This document shows, piece by piece, positions 17,451 to 20,000 of a stretch of DNA of 20,000 nt. Source of the DNA: an uncultured virus (IMG/VR IMGVR_UViG_3300027896_000030) (taxonomy: Duplodnaviria; Heunggongvirae; Uroviricota; Caudoviricetes). The translations under genes and the position numbers were made by a program. The notes under the pieces were generated by a model. The model ran no database searches, was not told the origin of the DNA, and worked only from the letters and a program-made list of their open reading frames with translations. The stretch lies in the IMG/VR virus record IMGVR_UViG_3300027896_000030; one strand, written 5' to 3'. The stretch's first letter is position 1; every line of letters starts with the position of its first letter.

Positions 17451-17861
17451 CTAGATACCGCATTGTTGCCATGGGAAATATACTCGGTCTTCTGGTATTT
17501 CAACATGAAATGTTGGCATAAATTTTGATCCTTTATCAACAAAAATAGACGCAGTATCAAATGTAGATTTTGTTTCTTCTTCAATTTCTTTAAAAGAATT
17601 ACCAGTTGCAACTATATTAGATACAACTAATACCGATTGATTTGAATCTGTAAACCCAATTAATAATGAAAGAATATTAATATCTGTAATGATGGGTACG
17701 TTTAAACGATGACTTAAGTGGACAGCCACAATCATATCATCAGGATCCATCCCAACAACATATTTATACTTGTTAGTATTTTTTTGAACAGTATTAATTT
17801 TATCAGCAAGTTTATCAATATAAGAATGATACTGATTCCAATCTAATTGTTTAATATTCAT
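17451..17861 (-). CDS. type I phosphoribosyltransferase-fold protein (Gpt-like) with degenerate active-site motifs
   Basis: W...KLADKI, VAVHLSHRL, VLVVSNIVATGNS (PRPP motif position), C-terminal VYFPW. Confidence 0.75.
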   Translation of the reverse strand: MNIKQLDWNQYHSYIDKLADKINTVQKNTNKYKYVVGMDPDDMIVAVHLSHRLNVPIITDINILSLLIGFTDSNQSVLVVSNIVATGNSFKEIEEETKSTFDTASIFVDKGSKFMPTFHVEIPEDRVYFPWQQCGI

Positions 17862-17872
17862 TTTAATTACTC

Positions 17873-19282
17873 CTAGAACTTAATTACCGAATTGTTGTTC
17901 ATTTCTGAAATATCATCACTTGACATAAATTTATGAATAAGATGTTTATTATAATCTCTATCCATTTTCGTTAACACTTCTAGAGATTTAGCTATACTTG
18001 CAATTTTAGCTTTTTGTTTTCTAGTATTTTTTCCCTGATTGAATTTTTGCGCTATCTCATAACACCTTCCATCAAATTCATCTTGTTTATTTTGTTCATA
18101 GAGTGGATAAATCTCTTCTATAAACTTTTCACAAATTGTTTCTAATTGACGATATGTTTGAAGATAATAAAGAATCAAATACATGTGTACACTTCGAGTA
18201 AATGTGTTTCGCTCGAGATCATAGATAGGATCTGTTTCAGGAGTTAATTGCTTGAAATCATAATGACTTGCAATTTCATTTAACAACTGATATACTTTAT
18301 CCTCTTTGGTCATCATATTTTCAAATCTTAAATGCATGCCGTTGCTCTTAAGATCCATTTTAGTCAAGTCGCCGCCATCTTTAAATACCGGAATAAAACG
18401 ACCAATTGCTAATGCTTTAAAAATTGCACTAGAGTCATAAGTAATATTAACTTTAATACCGTGTGTTTTTAGAATGTGATATGAAAACAATTTGTGATAA
18501 AACACATCAATATAGTTAGCACCACCCAAAACATGGAAATTAAATTCAGTCATGTTTTTCGAGATAGCATATTTTAAGATTTCTGACAGCGGGATTGAGT
18601 AAATTATAATGGGTATTAACATATCTGTCGCCATGTTTGCAACTAGGCCCCCAGTCGCAAAATTCTTAAAACCATCTGCGAGGTGTTCATCCCATAAGAA
18701 TTTACTCCAGGTATCATATAGAGATGGGGTTCTAAAATGATGAATATAAATCATCTTATCTTTAACTTCTTGGGGTAGATTTGCAGTTTCTTGATAAGAC
18801 AACCTATTCAAATTTTCAAGTTGTGTATAAGATTCAAATACAGAACTTGCTGGACCCGGCGGTAAATCTAAACCAAAAGCATAGCTAAATTTTTGATGAT
18901 TCTCTCGCAAAAATTTATGATACTTTTCAATATAGATGGGCATATCTTTTGGCTCTACTGCACCCATAGCAACCTGGAATCCACCAGAGTCAATATACAA
19001 TTTAATATCTTTCATCATTGGTCTGTTGTTGATAAAATCAATTACTCTAACAATTTTTTCAGTGTGTTTTGGAGACATTTTCTTCGTCTTATAATTCAAC
19101 CCTGTGCCAAAACTATAAAGATATTTGTTAACATTATGAAGTACAAAATTATTAATTTTAGCATCATCAAAATGATTGATTTTATCATGTTTGGTAATGA
19201 AATTGCCCATCAGGGAGACAAAGCAATCTCCACCCGCGATAACATAATTGCACGGGTTTGAATTCCAGGTATCAGTTTCCAT
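17873..19282 (-). CDS. dpdA: TGT-fold base-exchange enzyme, DpdA-like (7-deazaguanine DNA transglycosylase candidate)
   Basis: YIDSGGFQ, GLDLPP, GGLV, HVLGG and YDSS in TGT barrel order; no CxCxxC Zn motif of tRNA-acting TGTs. Confidence 0.7.
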   Translation of the reverse strand: METDTWNSNPCNYVIAGGDCFVSLMGNFITKHDKINHFDDAKINNFVLHNVNKYLYSFGTGLNYKTKKMSPKHTEKIVRVIDFINNRPMMKDIKLYIDSGGFQVAMGAVEPKDMPIYIEKYHKFLRENHQKFSYAFGLDLPPGPASSVFESYTQLENLNRLSYQETANLPQEVKDKMIYIHHFRTPSLYDTWSKFLWDEHLADGFKNFATGGLVANMATDMLIPIIIYSIPLSEILKYAISKNMTEFNFHVLGGANYIDVFYHKLFSYHILKTHGIKVNITYDSSAIFKALAIGRFIPVFKDGGDLTKMDLKSNGMHLRFENMMTKEDKVYQLLNEIASHYDFKQLTPETDPIYDLERNTFTRSVHMYLILYYLQTYRQLETICEKFIEEIYPLYEQNKQDEFDGRCYEIAQKFNQGKNTRKQKAKIASIAKSLEVLTKMDRDYNKHLIHKFMSSDDISEMNNNSVIKF

Positions 19283-20000
19283 TTGAAAGCTCCTTTACTA
19301 AGATTTTAAATTGTTCAATAACCTGTTCTTTATTCTCATTCCATTGTTTTTTAGAAATTCTGAAAATAATATATCCCAAAGATGCTAATTCAAGTGTGCA
19401 ATTAATATCATCTTCTTTATAAGTAGTCATTTCTTTATTTTCGAAATGCTGCCGTTCATCAAATTGAATAAAAAGTTTTAATTCCGGAATATGACCATCG
19501 GGATATCGTCCAACAATATATTTAAAAGAATTATTATTTCGAATGATATTATATTGTGTATGTTGTTGAAGAATATTCAAACACGGTCGTTCTATATATC
19601 CGATACATGGAAACGCCGGTTCACCATTAGCCAATTGAGTATCTCTTATTTTGATAGAATTAATTCTTGCTGATTGTCTTCCTTGTAATGTTTTTCTCCA
19701 ATTACTAAAACCACAATTTTCAAAACATGTTTGTTTACTTTTTTCTTTAATCTCTTCTGATTGCATTGGCCATTCAACATTATAATTTTTTAATATTGTG
19801 TGTTTAATTTTTTCTTTAATTTCGTTTATTTTTGAAGGATATCTATTTCCATATTTCTTAAAACATGATTTTTTTTGTTTTTCTTGAACTTCTTTTGATT
19901 GATTTGAGCTATAAAATCCATAATTTTCAAAACATGTTTGTTTACTTTTTTCTTTAATCTTTTCTGATTGCATTGGCCATTCAACATTGTGGTTTTTAAA
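19272..20000 (-). CDS. partial Vsr/DUF559-type homing endonuclease with about 23-aa YG repeats (5' end beyond the window)
   Basis: Frame stays open to the edge (FKNHNVEWP-M); repeats K.K.TCF..YG...P.QS; PDGH....IQFDE.QH...GY.IFRI. Confidence 0.8.
   Translation of the reverse strand, partial: FKNHNVEWPMQSEKIKEKSKQTCFENYGFYSSNQSKEVQEKQKKSCFKKYGNRYPSKINEIKEKIKHTILKNYNVEWPMQSEEIKEKSKQTCFENCGFSNWRKTLQGRQSARINSIKIRDTQLANGEPAFPCIGYIERPCLNILQQHTQYNIIRNNNSFKYIVGRYPDGHIPELKLFIQFDERQHFENKEMTTYKEDDINCTLELASLGYIIFRISKKQWNENKEQVIEQFKILVKELSNGN
19715..19988. repeat. 67-bp direct repeat (19715..19781 and 19922..19988), 1 mismatch, 207 nt apart
   Basis: Read directly; encodes NVEWPMQSE(E/K)IKEKSKQTCFEN. Confidence 0.9.

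Noticed and set aside
3124..19673. Other short track ORFs nested in or antisense to major genes (e.g. 3124, 6042, 6155, 7418, 9365, 10295, 10544, 11028, 15072, 15871, 17426, 18893, 19491)
   Set aside because: Overlap well-supported genes and have no recognisable motifs.
1..20000. Stop-codon reassignment, CRISPR arrays, tRNAs
   Set aside because: Genes are full length under the standard code with TAA, TAG and TGA all used as stops. No spaced repeat array or cloverleaf was seen, and the repeats found are coding.

Overview
AT-rich fragment of a large T4-like (jumbo-type) dsDNA phage genome, almost all on the minus strand, standard genetic code. From right to left: a partial Vsr/DUF559-type homing endonuclease, a TGT-fold DpdA-like base-exchange enzyme, a degenerate type I PRTase, and a DnaB/gp41-like helicase. 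The helicase gene is fractured into two genes by a natural split intein, with a free-standing repeat-rich endonuclease between the halves. Next comes a head module (acidic protein, gp20-like portal, probable internal/core proteins, gp21-like prohead protease, gp23-like major capsid). A plus-strand Zn-finger/Vsr-nuclease/Mom-like-GNAT gene follows. The left end is a tail/surface-like module with two signal-peptide proteins (one an autotransporter beta-repeat protein broken by a frameshift at a G5 tract) and several tiny membrane-type peptides. All family calls come from motifs recognised by eye; no searches were run.
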